Assembly (NCBI GenBank): GCA_041665845.1
Contig: JBAYIC010000005.1
Coordinates: 6,047 to 70,046, forward strand
Source of the DNA: Patescibacteria group bacterium
GTDB taxonomy: Bacteria; Patescibacteriota; Patescibacteriia; Patescibacteriales; UBA12465
Length of the DNA: 64,000 bases
Reading direction: 5' to 3'
Shown here: in pieces, positions 51,023-61,872 of the stretch
Position numbering within the stretch: position 1 is the stretch's first letter
Layout of the letters: every line of letters begins with the position of its first letter
Translations under genes and position numbers: made by a program
Notes under the pieces: generated by a model
The model's input: only the letters and a program-made list of their open reading frames with translations
Told to the model about the DNA's origin: nothing
Databases searched by the model: none

Positions 51023-53278
51023 CTATAGCCCAAACTTATAAATACCATCGGAGCTCAAAAGATAAATTGCTTTTCCGGTCTCATCAAGGGCAAAATCCTT
51101 CAAGTCATTAAGCGAATCAAAAACATATTGACTCATGAGATGACCGTCGGCTTTAGCAATTATCGCTAACCGCTTTGAAGTAGTATCAAGAATATATAAT
51201 TGTTTACTATCTCCTAAAATCTTAGAAGCGGAAACCGCTGGATTCAAAGCGATATTTTTATAATCGGCTTTTTTATTGCGATAAAACTTGTTAATACTGC
51301 CATTACTATTTAAGGTATAAATCGAACCATCGATATATAAATCGCTAGCTTGAGATAAATCAGCAGTATCTTTTAACCAATCACTTCTAGTAGACATGCT
51401 GCTATTATATGTATAAATCTGATTCTTATTCTTGGCGATTAAATAAACCTTTTGATTAAATATGTTATACCCGGAATATCCATCCGCCTCGTTATAATCT
51501 TTAATATTAACCAGCGCTGTTTTATTAGTCTTGATATTAAATTGAATGATTTTTCCGCCATCTCTATAATAAATATTATCCTTACCATCATACTTTGCGC
51601 CTTCAAGATTAGAAGCGCCTTCAATTTTAGTTTCAATTGGAGAGAGGACATCAAGCGTTAAGGTATAAATAGAAGCCCCGGAAACGCCATACAATTTTCC
51701 GGCCGCGTATGTTAATTTAGAAATATTAAGCCCAGCTAAATCTTTCACTTTTTGCGCGTTATCAACTTTCACTATCTTATTTATTTTTGTTTCTAGAACA
51801 GATAAGCGTTCTACTGCTTTATTGTAAGCCTCTTCTTGGATTTTACTTCCTCTAGGTAAGGAGGCGATAAGCGCTTTAGCATCAATCAACACCTTAGCGG
51901 CACCTTCCTCATCATTATATAATAGATGAGAATCTATTAGTATTCCTTTTTCTTCTATTTGGGCTACTAAAGCAGTTAGTTCGGCGGACACTTTTTGTTT
52001 ATCGCGATTACGATTAGTAATTACTAGACTAACTGAAAATACAAGGGCAATTACTATCAAGCCTACAAACAAAAGGCGGTTTTTCTTATTTAAATTTTTA
52101 AGCCAAGCTCCGAGAGCGGAAAAAATCCCAGCCCAAAAAGACTTGTGCACTAGGGCGGGGGAAGCTTTAGCGAATTTACCGATATTAAATAAAAACCGAT
52201 AAGAAGTTTGTTTTAATTTTATTTTTTCTGGACGTAAAAATGAACCAGCGCCAAGAAGACTATTCTTAACCGATTTTTTATTTTCAAAACGAGTTGAGCT
52301 CTGTCCGGTTGTTAAATCTGGAGAAGAAGAAATTTCCATTTTAGACATTTTTCTAACCGGTTGCTGGAACTTAGGAATCAGTCCTTTGAAAAGTGTTTTG
52401 ATTACACTAGATATTTTTTTAAAACTTATTATTCCAGCCGGAGCGAGCATTTGCTCTGTTCTTTGTTCGGTAGAATTTAAGGAAGAGATAGATGCCTGAA
52501 CAGAGGGGACATCTTCCATTGGATCTTTAATTTCTTGGCCGATACTATCGGTCGTATTTTTAATAATTATTCCCAAGAAAGGAACATAAATATTTATTTT
52601 TGCTAAGGTATTTTTTATTTGTTCGGCCGCAACAATAGGCGGAAGTTTAGTTACTATTTCTACCATTTCTCGACCGGAAAGATATTCCGGTAATGATTCA
52701 CTAGTAAAAATAAAGTAAGATCCTAACGGAATTTCACCGCTAATAATCGACGAAAATAACCCGTTTAATTTTGGTATTTTTTCGTCGAGACTTTTATCAT
52801 CTGAGTTTTCAGCGCTAGTTTCGACATTAATTATTTCATAGCCATCAGATCGCCGATAAATAAGCAGGGCACGATTTTTTCCAAAACTGGCAAAATGCAA
52901 TTTATTTTCATAAACTACACCAACAGTTAAACTTGTAGCGGCGGAATTTATTTTTATCTTTTGATCCGTTAGAAAATCGCTAAGGTTTTTATTCATTTTA
53001 GCGAGCGCCGCTTCAAAAATATTCTCAATTTTTAAACCCTCTATCCTTCCACGCAACATTATCTTCTCATCATTATAATAATTATCGCTCAAATCAGAAA
53101 TTAGAAAATTTATTATTTTCTCGCCATCGCTTTTTTTACCGTCAACTTCTCCTAAAATGAAGATTTTCCCAGCTAAACTTTCCTTCAAAGAATCAGGCTG
53201 GGCGACAAAAACACCGCTTGCACCAGATGCCTTGCCGGAGTTCAAAATTATTTGCGCAATTTTATTATACATAAGCAA
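51023..53278 (-). CDS. large membrane-spanning hypothetical protein (751 aa)
   Basis: The N-terminal cytoplasmic domain of about 250 aa has a weak PP2C/SpoIIE-like feel (SLTVGVVYENKLHFASFGKNRALLIY). One TM helix (LLFVGLIVIALVFSVSLVI). The C-terminal region of about 330 aa is rich in beta-propeller-like repeats. Confidence 0.65.
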   Translation of the reverse strand: MLMYNKIAQIILNSGKASGASGVFVAQPDSLKESLAGKIFILGEVDGKKSDGEKIINFLISDLSDNYYNDEKIMLRGRIEGLKIENIFEAALAKMNKNLSDFLTDQKIKINSAATSLTVGVVYENKLHFASFGKNRALLIYRRSDGYEIINVETSAENSDDKSLDEKIPKLNGLFSSIISGEIPLGSYFIFTSESLPEYLSGREMVEIVTKLPPIVAAEQIKNTLAKINIYVPFLGIIIKNTTDSIGQEIKDPMEDVPSVQASISSLNSTEQRTEQMLAPAGIISFKKISSVIKTLFKGLIPKFQQPVRKMSKMEISSSPDLTTGQSSTRFENKKSVKNSLLGAGSFLRPEKIKLKQTSYRFLFNIGKFAKASPALVHKSFWAGIFSALGAWLKNLNKKNRLLFVGLIVIALVFSVSLVITNRNRDKQKVSAELTALVAQIEEKGILIDSHLLYNDEEGAAKVLIDAKALIASLPRGSKIQEEAYNKAVERLSVLETKINKIVKVDNAQKVKDLAGLNISKLTYAAGKLYGVSGASIYTLTLDVLSPIETKIEGASNLEGAKYDGKDNIYYRDGGKIIQFNIKTNKTALVNIKDYNEADGYSGYNIFNQKVYLIAKNKNQIYTYNSSMSTRSDWLKDTADLSQASDLYIDGSIYTLNSNGSINKFYRNKKADYKNIALNPAVSASKILGDSKQLYILDTTSKRLAIIAKADGHLMSQYVFDSLNDLKDFALDETGKAIYLLSSDGIYKFGL

Positions 53279-53357
53279 AATAAGAGGCCAATCGATATTT
53301 TTTTCGTTTGACTGTTTACTTTATATATTATACTATAAATTTATAAATAAAGAAAAT

Positions 53358-53948
53358 ATGCTAAGCGCGTTATTTGGATCAGAGACGAGAGCGAGGTTGT
53401 TAACCCTTCTTTTATCGGATTCCGAAAAAAAATACAAACTGCGCGAGTTATCCCGTGAATCAGGAATACCGCTCGCTAGCGTCCGTAAAGAGCTTAATAA
53501 CTTAGTGGAATTCGGTTTAATAAAAGAGGAGGAAGAGATCTGGAGCGTTAATAAAAACTTTATCATCTTTCCGGAAATAAAATCTCTTTTAATGAAAGCG
53601 CAGATTCTCTCCAGCCAAAAATTTATTGATGGCTTAAAAAAAATTGCTAATCCTAAATTTTTAGCTTTAACCGGTATTTTTACTAGCGATTCTGAAGCTA
53701 AAACCGATATTATTATCGTCGGACCAGTTAAGCGTAAATCTTTTTTAAAGTTAATTGCTGAATTAGAAAAAGATCTAGGCCGCGAACTCAACTTCACTAT
53801 CATGGACGAAGCGGAATTTATTTATCGTCAAGAAGTAATGGATATATTTTTATATAATGTTCTAACGAGTAAAACAATAGTTCTTATTAACTCACTTTCT
53901 GCAAACGATAAACTACAAAAAAATGAAAATAGCCAAGATAATCTTTAA
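53358..53948 (+). CDS. winged-helix transcriptional regulator-like protein
   Basis: The track ORF 53157-53948 overlaps the divergent gene. ATG 53358 (MLSALFGSETRARLLTLLL..YKLRELSRESGIPLASVRKELNNLVEFGLI) gives an ArsR/MarR-like wHTH N-terminus. Confidence 0.6.
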   Translation: MLSALFGSETRARLLTLLLSDSEKKYKLRELSRESGIPLASVRKELNNLVEFGLIKEEEEIWSVNKNFIIFPEIKSLLMKAQILSSQKFIDGLKKIANPKFLALTGIFTSDSEAKTDIIIVGPVKRKSFLKLIAELEKDLGRELNFTIMDEAEFIYRQEVMDIFLYNVLTSKTIVLINSLSANDKLQKNENSQDNL

Positions 53949-55791
53949 ACTGATAAAATATCTACTAGTCGCTATAATATTGGCTATCATAGTTTTAGTT
54001 ATTATCGTTACTACTTCATATAAAGAATTACGGGCGGCCGGTGAAAGCGCTTTAATAGGGAAGGCGCTACTAGAGAAAGCGGCTACGGCGGTTAAAAATA
54101 GCGATTGGGATCTAGCCCTTAAAAACTCCGATGAAGCGGGGTTAAAAATAAATGAGGCTTTAACTAATTTAAGCGTAGTTAAAAACAAACCAGCTTTTAG
54201 CAAAATCACTATTTTGCGAAGTCAGGTTAATGATTTAGAATATTTACTTAAAACAGCAGACATCATCAGTCGAAGCCTTAGCCGCGCCGTTCCAATTGCT
54301 CAAAAATTCAATCGCTTATCATCCGGTCAAGCTGGATATAATTTTTCTACCCTCGCGCCCACAGAAAAGGCCGAGTTTTTTAAATTACTTTACGAATCAG
54401 AACCGGAACTTAACGGGCTAAAAGCTAATTTAGATTTAGCTTTGCTTAATATTAATCGCATCCATAAGATTGGAATACTTTGGCCAGTATACAAACAAAT
54501 CAGTAATGTGAAGCAAGAACTGAGCCAAGCTTCAAATTTAATTGCTAAGGCGACTCCGCTGCTTAAACTATTACCAACGTTAGCTGGTTATCCAAAAGAA
54601 AGTGATTTCCTAATTATTATGCAAAATAACGACGAATTAAGGCCAAGCGGTGGCTTTATTGGCGTTTTTGGCTTACTAAAAAGCGCTAACGGTGAAATTA
54701 TTTCCCTTAAAACATACGATAGCTATCATTTGGATATGCCGGCGGTAGGAAAATGGAAAATGACGCCGCCAGAACCGATTGGGAAATACATGAAAGTTGA
54801 GAATTGGTATTTACGTGATGCTAATTGGTCTCCTGATTGGCCGACTTCTGCTAGGAAGATAGAAGAAATCTATTACGGCGAAAACAAAGCAATCGGAACC
54901 ACAACTCCGGAATTAGCCGGTGTAATCGGGATTACACCTAAATTTGTTTCTGATTTACTACGTTTAGTCGGAGATATTACTGTTCGCGGGGAAACTTATA
55001 CTCCAGAAAATCTCCAATCACTCTTACAATATAATGTTGAAGTTGCTTATAAAGAACAGGATATTGCTTCTTGGGATAGAAAACAAATTATTAACGAATT
55101 ACTGGATGAGCTACAATCAAGATTGTTTGCTTTAGAGATTAGCAAATTACCAGGCTTGCTTGATATTTTTGAAAATAACGCTAAAGCTAAAGATATCCAA
55201 ATTTATTTTAATAATTCCAATTCACAAGCATTAACCGCCGATTTGAATGTTGATGGTAGCGTCAAAAAATCAATCAGCGATTATCTTATGATAGTCGACG
55301 CTAATTTGGCTGCGTTTAAAAGTGACGCCGTTGTTAGAAAGGGAATAGAATATAATTTAAATACAAACAAAGACGCTCAAGCAATTGTTAATTTAAAGTT
55401 AAGTTATCGTCATGAAGGAGGTTTTGATTGGCGCACGACAAGATATCGCAGTTATACTCGAGTCTATGCCCCAATAGGTAGTAAGTTGATATCTATTAAG
55501 GCACAGGAACAGGCTAATATGGATGAGGCATCAATTTCTGCTTATGATGATACCGGATTAGACAAGACTGTTTTTGGTTTTTTCTTTTCTATCGAACCAG
55601 GAACAGACGGGACAATCAGTCTCCAATATTCTTTACCAAAAAATATTAATACCGATTTGCAAACTGATAAATATCAATTATTTATCCAAAAACAAGCTGG
55701 TCGTAAAACTGATAATTTTAAAGCGATCATAAATGGCGATACTTATAACCAAAATCTAAATCAAGATATGAACATACTTTTGAATAAATAA
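53923..55791 (+). CDS. DUF4012-domain membrane-anchored protein
   Basis: 622 aa. N-terminal TM helix and the diagnostic NDELRPSGGFIG motif. Sits in a cell-envelope glycan cluster. Confidence 0.7.
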   Translation: MKIAKIIFKLIKYLLVAIILAIIVLVIIVTTSYKELRAAGESALIGKALLEKAATAVKNSDWDLALKNSDEAGLKINEALTNLSVVKNKPAFSKITILRSQVNDLEYLLKTADIISRSLSRAVPIAQKFNRLSSGQAGYNFSTLAPTEKAEFFKLLYESEPELNGLKANLDLALLNINRIHKIGILWPVYKQISNVKQELSQASNLIAKATPLLKLLPTLAGYPKESDFLIIMQNNDELRPSGGFIGVFGLLKSANGEIISLKTYDSYHLDMPAVGKWKMTPPEPIGKYMKVENWYLRDANWSPDWPTSARKIEEIYYGENKAIGTTTPELAGVIGITPKFVSDLLRLVGDITVRGETYTPENLQSLLQYNVEVAYKEQDIASWDRKQIINELLDELQSRLFALEISKLPGLLDIFENNAKAKDIQIYFNNSNSQALTADLNVDGSVKKSISDYLMIVDANLAAFKSDAVVRKGIEYNLNTNKDAQAIVNLKLSYRHEGGFDWRTTRYRSYTRVYAPIGSKLISIKAQEQANMDEASISAYDDTGLDKTVFGFFFSIEPGTDGTISLQYSLPKNINTDLQTDKYQLFIQKQAGRKTDNFKAIINGDTYNQNLNQDMNILLNK

Positions 55792-55792
55792 T

Positions 55793-57094
55793 ATGAATTT
55801 ATTCATCATCATTGCTATTTTAGCTCTCTTCGGATTATTTATTATCCAACCTAAATATGGCTTATATTTAACGGCCGCCTGCCTACCAATAATCGGAAGG
55901 GATTTTTATTTTTTTAATTTTGTTATTCCCATCGCTGATTCAGTTGCCTTGTTATCGCTTCTTGCTTTCTTCATTAGATTAATAATAGATGCTCTCTTCA
56001 ATAAAGAAAGGGTGAGGCTGTACTGGCCACTACTTTTACCTTTTTCTATTTTCTTCATTGTAAGTCTAGTCTCAATATTTTTTTCTAATCATCAAATAGC
56101 TTCTCTATATTATTTTTTACGTTGGCCTTTCTTTTTATATTTCGCTTATATTTTTGTTCCGGCGAATATCATAAAAACACCACGTATTCTTAAAACAACA
56201 ACCATCATTGTTTTTTTGAGCGCGATGCTTGTTTTAATCTCCGGTTACGCTTCACTTTATGGCCAAGATTGGCAAGACAGTTTTTTCAGATTAAAATCAA
56301 TCATGATTTTCGGAAGTTATCCATTTGGAGAAAATCATAATTTAATTGCTGAATTTTTAAATATCGGCGCTTTCTTTGTTTTGATTATTAGAGAATTCTT
56401 ACGCACAGAAAAAGAAAAAAGAATTAGTGATATTATTTTCTTCCTAACCGCCGTCGGAATAATCTTAACTTTTTCAAGAGCCGGTTGGATTACTTTATTT
56501 TTACAATCATTAATTTATTTCTTTTATCGAACGAATGGAAATAAAAAAGAACGGATGGCGATGATAATCTTTTCCATTTTAGTCATGATAATCATTTCAC
56601 CTTTACTTTGGAAAATGAGTTCTTTGCAAGCAAAAAATACTAGTTCAACCGAAAACCGCATTCTGCTAACGGAAATCGCTTTTGAAGCCTTTAAAGAAAA
56701 ACCGCTCATTGGTTATGGTAATGGAGAATTTGTTAATTTAGTGAGTGAGAACATAAGATTTAGAGCAAAATATGGCGAACCACTTGATTCTCATGGAATG
56801 CTGCAAAAACTCTTAGTAGAGAATGGGATAATCGGCTTGAGCGCTTGGCTGTTCTTGCTTTTGTATTTGGCTCGAACTGCTTTCCTAGCTCTTAAAAGAT
56901 ATTATCCAAAATTAAAATGGATGTTACCTTTTTGTTTAGCGGCCGGTGGGGGTCTTTTTTTCCAATTCTTCAATACTTCATATTTTAAAGGCCGTGTCTG
57001 GTTACCAATCGTTTTATTTTTAATAGCGATTAAATTTTCTGATGAAATCTATGCCAAAAAAAATAACAATCCTGCACATTCTACCAAATCTTAG
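55793..57094 (+). CDS. O-antigen ligase/polymerase-like membrane protein
   Basis: 433 aa, polytopic. TFSRAGWITLFL loop motif. Confidence 0.65.
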   Translation: MNLFIIIAILALFGLFIIQPKYGLYLTAACLPIIGRDFYFFNFVIPIADSVALLSLLAFFIRLIIDALFNKERVRLYWPLLLPFSIFFIVSLVSIFFSNHQIASLYYFLRWPFFLYFAYIFVPANIIKTPRILKTTTIIVFLSAMLVLISGYASLYGQDWQDSFFRLKSIMIFGSYPFGENHNLIAEFLNIGAFFVLIIREFLRTEKEKRISDIIFFLTAVGIILTFSRAGWITLFLQSLIYFFYRTNGNKKERMAMIIFSILVMIIISPLLWKMSSLQAKNTSSTENRILLTEIAFEAFKEKPLIGYGNGEFVNLVSENIRFRAKYGEPLDSHGMLQKLLVENGIIGLSAWLFLLLYLARTAFLALKRYYPKLKWMLPFCLAAGGGLFFQFFNTSYFKGRVWLPIVLFLIAIKFSDEIYAKKNNNPAHSTKS

Positions 57095-58166
57095 CCGCGG
57101 CGGAGCGGAAAGGGTTTGTGTAGATATTCTCAAAAATCTTGACCAAGAAAAATTTTCTCCAGTCTTATTGTTGTTTAAAAAAAATAGAGAGGGAAAAGAA
57201 ATGGGAGCAGAACTTGTGGCGGCGGGTGTTCCAATTTTTTCTTTATCAAAAAGAATCTTAATTGATCCGATAAATTTTGGAAAAATAATTGCGCTCATTA
57301 AAAAAATCAAACCTGATATAATTCATACTCATTTAGGCGGCGATATTTATGGACGTTTAGCTGGAAAAATTTTACATGTTCCAATCATTGTTTCAACTGA
57401 ACATAACTTAAATAAAAATGAGAAAAAAAGCGCAACTTATCTTAAAAGAATCACCACGAAATGGGCTAATAAAATATTTGCCGTTTCAGAATCAGTAAGA
57501 GAAGACGCAATTATTAGATATCAACTGAATCCGGAAAAAATTACTGTTCTATATAATGGTATCGATACTAATTTCTTTCGTCCGGAAGATAATCAAAACC
57601 AATTTCAAAATAAAGACAATAGCCATAAGCTAGTTTTAGGCGCTTTAGGACGCTTAAGCGCCCAGAAAGGTTTTATGAGCTTAATCGAGGCCATCTCTAA
57701 GACAAAGAACAAAAATTATTCTTTAGAAATAGGCGGTGTTGGTGAATTAGAAAATGATTTTAAAAAAAGAATTAAAGAATTAGAATTAATTAATCGCGTT
57801 AGTCTGTTAGGCTTAGTTGATACTAAAAAATTTTTAAATAAAATCGATATTTTTATTTTTCCTTCTCTTTGGGAAGGTTTAGGCCTCGCTATTTTAGAGG
57901 CCGGAGCGATGAATAAACCGATTATCGCTAGCCAAATAGAGGGCGTAAGAGAGGTGCTAGACGAAGATAATGCCTTTTTATTCCCCGCGGGAGACGACGA
58001 TATTTTGGCCGAAAAAATTGATTTTGTAATTAATAATTTAAATTCAAGCGACGTAAAACGCAGAGTGGAAATTGTTCAAAAAATAATTAGAGAAAAGTTT
58101 TCGGTAGATGATATGGTCATAAAATATGCTAACTGGTATGAAAGTCTTTTTAATAAAGAAGCTTAA
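57051..58166 (+). CDS. glycosyltransferase family 4
   Basis: The start could be 57042 or 57051 (MPKKITILHILPNLSRGGAER). C-terminal FPSLWEGLGLAILEAGAMNKPIIAS. Confidence 0.8.
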   Translation: MPKKITILHILPNLSRGGAERVCVDILKNLDQEKFSPVLLLFKKNREGKEMGAELVAAGVPIFSLSKRILIDPINFGKIIALIKKIKPDIIHTHLGGDIYGRLAGKILHVPIIVSTEHNLNKNEKKSATYLKRITTKWANKIFAVSESVREDAIIRYQLNPEKITVLYNGIDTNFFRPEDNQNQFQNKDNSHKLVLGALGRLSAQKGFMSLIEAISKTKNKNYSLEIGGVGELENDFKKRIKELELINRVSLLGLVDTKKFLNKIDIFIFPSLWEGLGLAILEAGAMNKPIIASQIEGVREVLDEDNAFLFPAGDDDILAEKIDFVINNLNSSDVKRRVEIVQKIIREKFSVDDMVIKYANWYESLFNKEA

Positions 58167-58177
58167 GGAAATAAAAT

Positions 58178-59398
58178 ATGCGCATCTTACAAGTTAACAA
58201 GTTTCATTATAATCGAGGTGGCGCCGATAAATATTATTTATCTCTAATTAAAGCCTTAGAGCAAAAAGGCCATCAAGTCGCAGCTTTTTCGATGTATCAT
58301 CCTAAAAATATCGCTAGCCCTTATTCTCGATATTTTGTTTCCCGCCTGAGCTTTAACGAAGGCGGTTTAAGAAATGCTTTAAAAACACCGGGCCGAATGA
58401 TATATAGCTTCGAAGCAAAAAGAAAATTCAAAAAGTTAGTTTTAGATTTTAAACCAGAGATAATTCATATCCATAATATTTATCATCAAATCTCACCATC
58501 AATCCTAGATATCGCCGCTCGATTTAAAATTCCGGTGGTGATGCATTTGCATGACTATAAATTGATTTGTCCTAATTATCAATTATTTGTTAATGGAAAG
58601 GTTTGTGATGCTTGTCGACCTAATAAATATTTTTGGTGTTACCGGAAAAAATGTTTTAAAAATTCTAGAATAAAAAGCGCACTCGCTGTTTTAGAAATGT
58701 ATATCCATCATTCTTTACTTAAAATATATAAAAAAAACATTACGGAATTTATCGCTCCGAGCACCTTTATGAAACAGAAGCTGGTAGATTTTGGTTGGAA
58801 CTCTGAAAAAATAAATATTGTTATTAATCCTTTTGATGCTGAGATGTCGATTGCTAAAGGGGAAGAAGCAAAACAAGAGGAAGAATATCTTCTTTATTTT
58901 GGCCGTTTAGGCCAAGAAAAGGGGTTAGAAATTTTAATTCAAGCGGCGGCTTTAACTAAATCTCATTTAAAATTTGTTGGTATTGGCACTGAGGAAGATA
59001 AACTAAAAAAATTAGCGGAAAAATTAAAAGTTCAAGCAGAGTTTTTAGGATTTAAAAATGGACCAGAACTAAAGTATATAATTCTTAGATCAAAGGCAAT
59101 AATTATTCCTTCAATTTGGTTTGAAAATATGTCGCTTAGTTTACTTGAAGCTTTAAACTTAGGGAAAATAGTAATTGCTTCTAATATCGGCGGAATCCCA
59201 GAAATAATTAAGCATAATGAAAACGGGCTTTTATTTGAACCGGGAAATGTTCATGATTTAGCTGATAAAATAAATTCTTTAGGACGCTTAGATATCGAGC
59301 TTATTAAACAAAACGCTAAAGAAAGCGTGAGAGACTTAAACGCCGAGAATAATTTACAACAAGTCGAAGCAATCTATCAAAAGATATTGAACAAATAG
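58178..59398 (+). CDS. glycosyltransferase family 4
   Basis: 406 aa. MRILQVNKFHYNRGGADKY N-terminus and IPSIWFENMSLSLLEALNLGKIVIASNIGGIPEII. Confidence 0.8.
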   Translation: MRILQVNKFHYNRGGADKYYLSLIKALEQKGHQVAAFSMYHPKNIASPYSRYFVSRLSFNEGGLRNALKTPGRMIYSFEAKRKFKKLVLDFKPEIIHIHNIYHQISPSILDIAARFKIPVVMHLHDYKLICPNYQLFVNGKVCDACRPNKYFWCYRKKCFKNSRIKSALAVLEMYIHHSLLKIYKKNITEFIAPSTFMKQKLVDFGWNSEKINIVINPFDAEMSIAKGEEAKQEEEYLLYFGRLGQEKGLEILIQAAALTKSHLKFVGIGTEEDKLKKLAEKLKVQAEFLGFKNGPELKYIILRSKAIIIPSIWFENMSLSLLEALNLGKIVIASNIGGIPEIIKHNENGLLFEPGNVHDLADKINSLGRLDIELIKQNAKESVRDLNAENNLQQVEAIYQKILNK

Positions 59399-59403
59399 AA
59401 CGC

Positions 59404-59434
59404 AAAAAAATACCCCGCGCGCGGGGTATTTTTA
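59404..59434. terminator. bidirectional terminator
   Basis: A-run, then ATACCCCGCGCGCGGGGTAT, then T-run. Confidence 0.8.
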
Positions 59435-59455
59435 TAATTGCTAACTAAAATTAAA

Positions 59456-60733
59456 TTATTCAACTCTTAAAGAAACACTATAATGGAGTTTAGAAGAAGC
59501 GCCATCGACTCTAATATCTTGTGCACCTTTCTTATTATTAGCTGGGATTTTAACAATACTTGAGAAGCGACCACGAGTATCAGCTTTAACAATACTTATT
59601 CGATTATCGAGGCTAACTGATAACTCCTCGTTTGGTAAGAAGCCTCCGCCTGAGACGACTACCGAAGAATTAAGCGATGCCTGAGTATTATCTAATTTTA
59701 AAAATAAATTCTCAATCACCGAAGTATCAGCTTCTTCAGTTGAAGAAACAGCAGCAATTTTATTTAATTTATCATCAAGTACCAAAATATTAGAATTGTT
59801 AAAAACGATAATTTTATCACCACCCGCATAAACCGCTTTTAAACCCATCGCCCAACCAGCTCGTCCTCCCATATTACCGGTCCAAGCGTAATCTTGTTCA
59901 TTCATGTTCTTATCAAGTTTAACGACGCCAACACCATTAGAAAAATATATGTACTCATCATTAGCAGTACCAGAAATATCAAAACCTTGATAATCAAGAT
60001 GTTTGAAGCTTCCTAACAATTTACCAGACAAATCAAATTTCTTGGCATAATAATCATCGACGACATAAACATATCCGATTTCATCTTGAAAAGCACGACG
60101 ATTACCTTTATCAAACTTAAAATTTAAAGGAATAGTTTTGATAGTCGAACGAGCTTCAACATCATAAACCTCTAACTTGCTAGTGGTTTCATTAATACTT
60201 AAATAGAAACGATCATTACCGCTTACATTATAAGGCGCTTCTGAATTCTTAAAATCATGGGCAACGATTGAATCAAGGTTAGAATTGAAAACTTTAACAC
60301 CTTTAGCGCTCACAGTTACAATATTTTCACCAAATTTATCGATTCGGTTATACCATTCCCAATAAGTATTAGAGCTTTCTCTAACTTTATTAAGCTTATC
60401 GGCCATCACCTCATACTTATAAATCGTATAGTTACTAACGGCATAAGCATAAAGATGACCATTCTCTTCAACAAGCTTAGTATCAAAGAATTCGCCATAA
60501 GTACCGAAGCGCGGATCGAATGGCTTAGTTTTAGCAACTAAACCTAAATCCCTGCCATCAAGCTTAAAAACTTCCAGGCTCCCAGTATTGGTTGTTGCGA
60601 TATAAACCTGGTTATTATAAGCTAAGGCATCGCCGGAATAATAAGACTTTGTACGAGTTTTTCCTGGAGTAACTATAAAAAACAGAGCAAACACTGTTAA
60701 TAAAGCAACTGGAAAGATTATCCATTTTTTCAT
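59456..60733 (-). CDS. secreted hypothetical protein, beta-propeller-like with C-terminal Ig-like domain
   Basis: 425 aa. N-terminal signal anchor. Repeated Y/F-rich beta-strand pattern. Confidence 0.6.
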   Translation of the reverse strand: MKKWIIFPVALLTVFALFFIVTPGKTRTKSYYSGDALAYNNQVYIATTNTGSLEVFKLDGRDLGLVAKTKPFDPRFGTYGEFFDTKLVEENGHLYAYAVSNYTIYKYEVMADKLNKVRESSNTYWEWYNRIDKFGENIVTVSAKGVKVFNSNLDSIVAHDFKNSEAPYNVSGNDRFYLSINETTSKLEVYDVEARSTIKTIPLNFKFDKGNRRAFQDEIGYVYVVDDYYAKKFDLSGKLLGSFKHLDYQGFDISGTANDEYIYFSNGVGVVKLDKNMNEQDYAWTGNMGGRAGWAMGLKAVYAGGDKIIVFNNSNILVLDDKLNKIAAVSSTEEADTSVIENLFLKLDNTQASLNSSVVVSGGGFLPNEELSVSLDNRISIVKADTRGRFSSIVKIPANNKKGAQDIRVDGASSKLHYSVSLRVE

Positions 60734-60953
60734 ATTTTTCCTTTATTTTATTATCTAAAATTTTTATCAAATTATTGTACATTTTATTTTTAATTTTGTC
60801 AAGGGAGGGAAAAAGGAAGGGTAATAAGAAAGAAGCTTACCGGGTAATTAGAATCCTGTCTCGCTATTGACAAATAAAAATAATTATATTACAATGAAAA
60901 ATTAATAAAGAATTAATAAGGAATACTGAAGAGGTCTAAAATATAATAATCTT

Positions 60954-61766
60954 ATGGAATTCAACGAATTCTTGAAATTGGTCAACAAAAGAAAGCGAAC
61001 AGCATTTACAATAATCTTTGTAACTGTTGTTTTAACGATTACTATTTCTTTGCTAAGCCCATTAAAATATGGATCTAAGTCAAGGCTTTTAGTACTACAA
61101 AACTCTACTGGTTCTGATGTTTATTCTTTATCAAAATCAAACGAATATTTAGGAAATTTATTTGCCCAAATCGTTTATTCCGGTTCATTTTATGACCAAG
61201 TTAAAGCTTCTCAATACAACATTGATAGTAATTATTTTTCCGGAAACTATGGCCAACAATTGAAAAAATGGCAGCAAACTGTAAAAACTGATACTCAGGG
61301 CGATACGGGAATTATTAAAATTAATGTTTATCATCCCAATATTCAAGAAGCAAAACAAATTTCTTTAGCAATTAATGATATTTTAATTAATAAAAATCAA
61401 GATTATCATGGCGGTCAAAATATTAAAGTTAATATTATTGATCAGCCTTTAGTTTCAAATTATCCGATTAAACCAAATTTACCCTATAATATTGCCTTGG
61501 CTTTAGCTGCTTCTTTCATTGTATCTTTGTTTTATATCTATATTTTTCCAGAAACAAGCAAAAAGACTATTAGATTAAAGCCAGAAAACTCAAACAGGGA
61601 GGGTCACTATGTAGCTCAGAATCAAGGTTATAATGCGTATAATACGCCTCATAATACTGTTGGTAATAACGGTGTAAATATCCCGATTAGAGAAATTATT
61701 AATGAAATTCAGGAAGAATATAAACCAATTATTCATGGTAATATTGGAAATGTTTTAAGAAAATAA
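60954..61766 (+). CDS. Wzz-like polysaccharide chain-length determinant-type protein (two TM helices flanking an external domain)
   Basis: 270 aa. N-terminal TM (AFTIIFVTVVLTITISLL) with a nearby PLKY motif, and a second TM (IALALAASFIVSLFYIYIF). Tentative. Confidence 0.4.
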   Translation: MEFNEFLKLVNKRKRTAFTIIFVTVVLTITISLLSPLKYGSKSRLLVLQNSTGSDVYSLSKSNEYLGNLFAQIVYSGSFYDQVKASQYNIDSNYFSGNYGQQLKKWQQTVKTDTQGDTGIIKINVYHPNIQEAKQISLAINDILINKNQDYHGGQNIKVNIIDQPLVSNYPIKPNLPYNIALALAASFIVSLFYIYIFPETSKKTIRLKPENSNREGHYVAQNQGYNAYNTPHNTVGNNGVNIPIREIINEIQEEYKPIIHGNIGNVLRK

Positions 61767-61872
61767 ATTTAGAGAACAAGAGTAGTATTTTTTCTTCGAA
61801 AAAAATTCGCTTAAAAATATTACCTTTGTTTCCTAAAAAGTACATTAACATAAACAAATATATACGATAACA

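Noticed and set aside
1175-53357. N-terminal extensions in the track (starts 1175, 8107, 12397, 16653, 29849, 31791, 47246, 53157)
   Set aside because: The 8107, 12397, 29849, 31791 and 47246 extensions begin at GTG or TTG codons; the other three (1175, 16653, 53157) simply lie upstream of a better internal start. They add non-homologous residues and overlap upstream genes or regulatory hairpins. Internal ATGs give canonical family N-termini or signal peptides.
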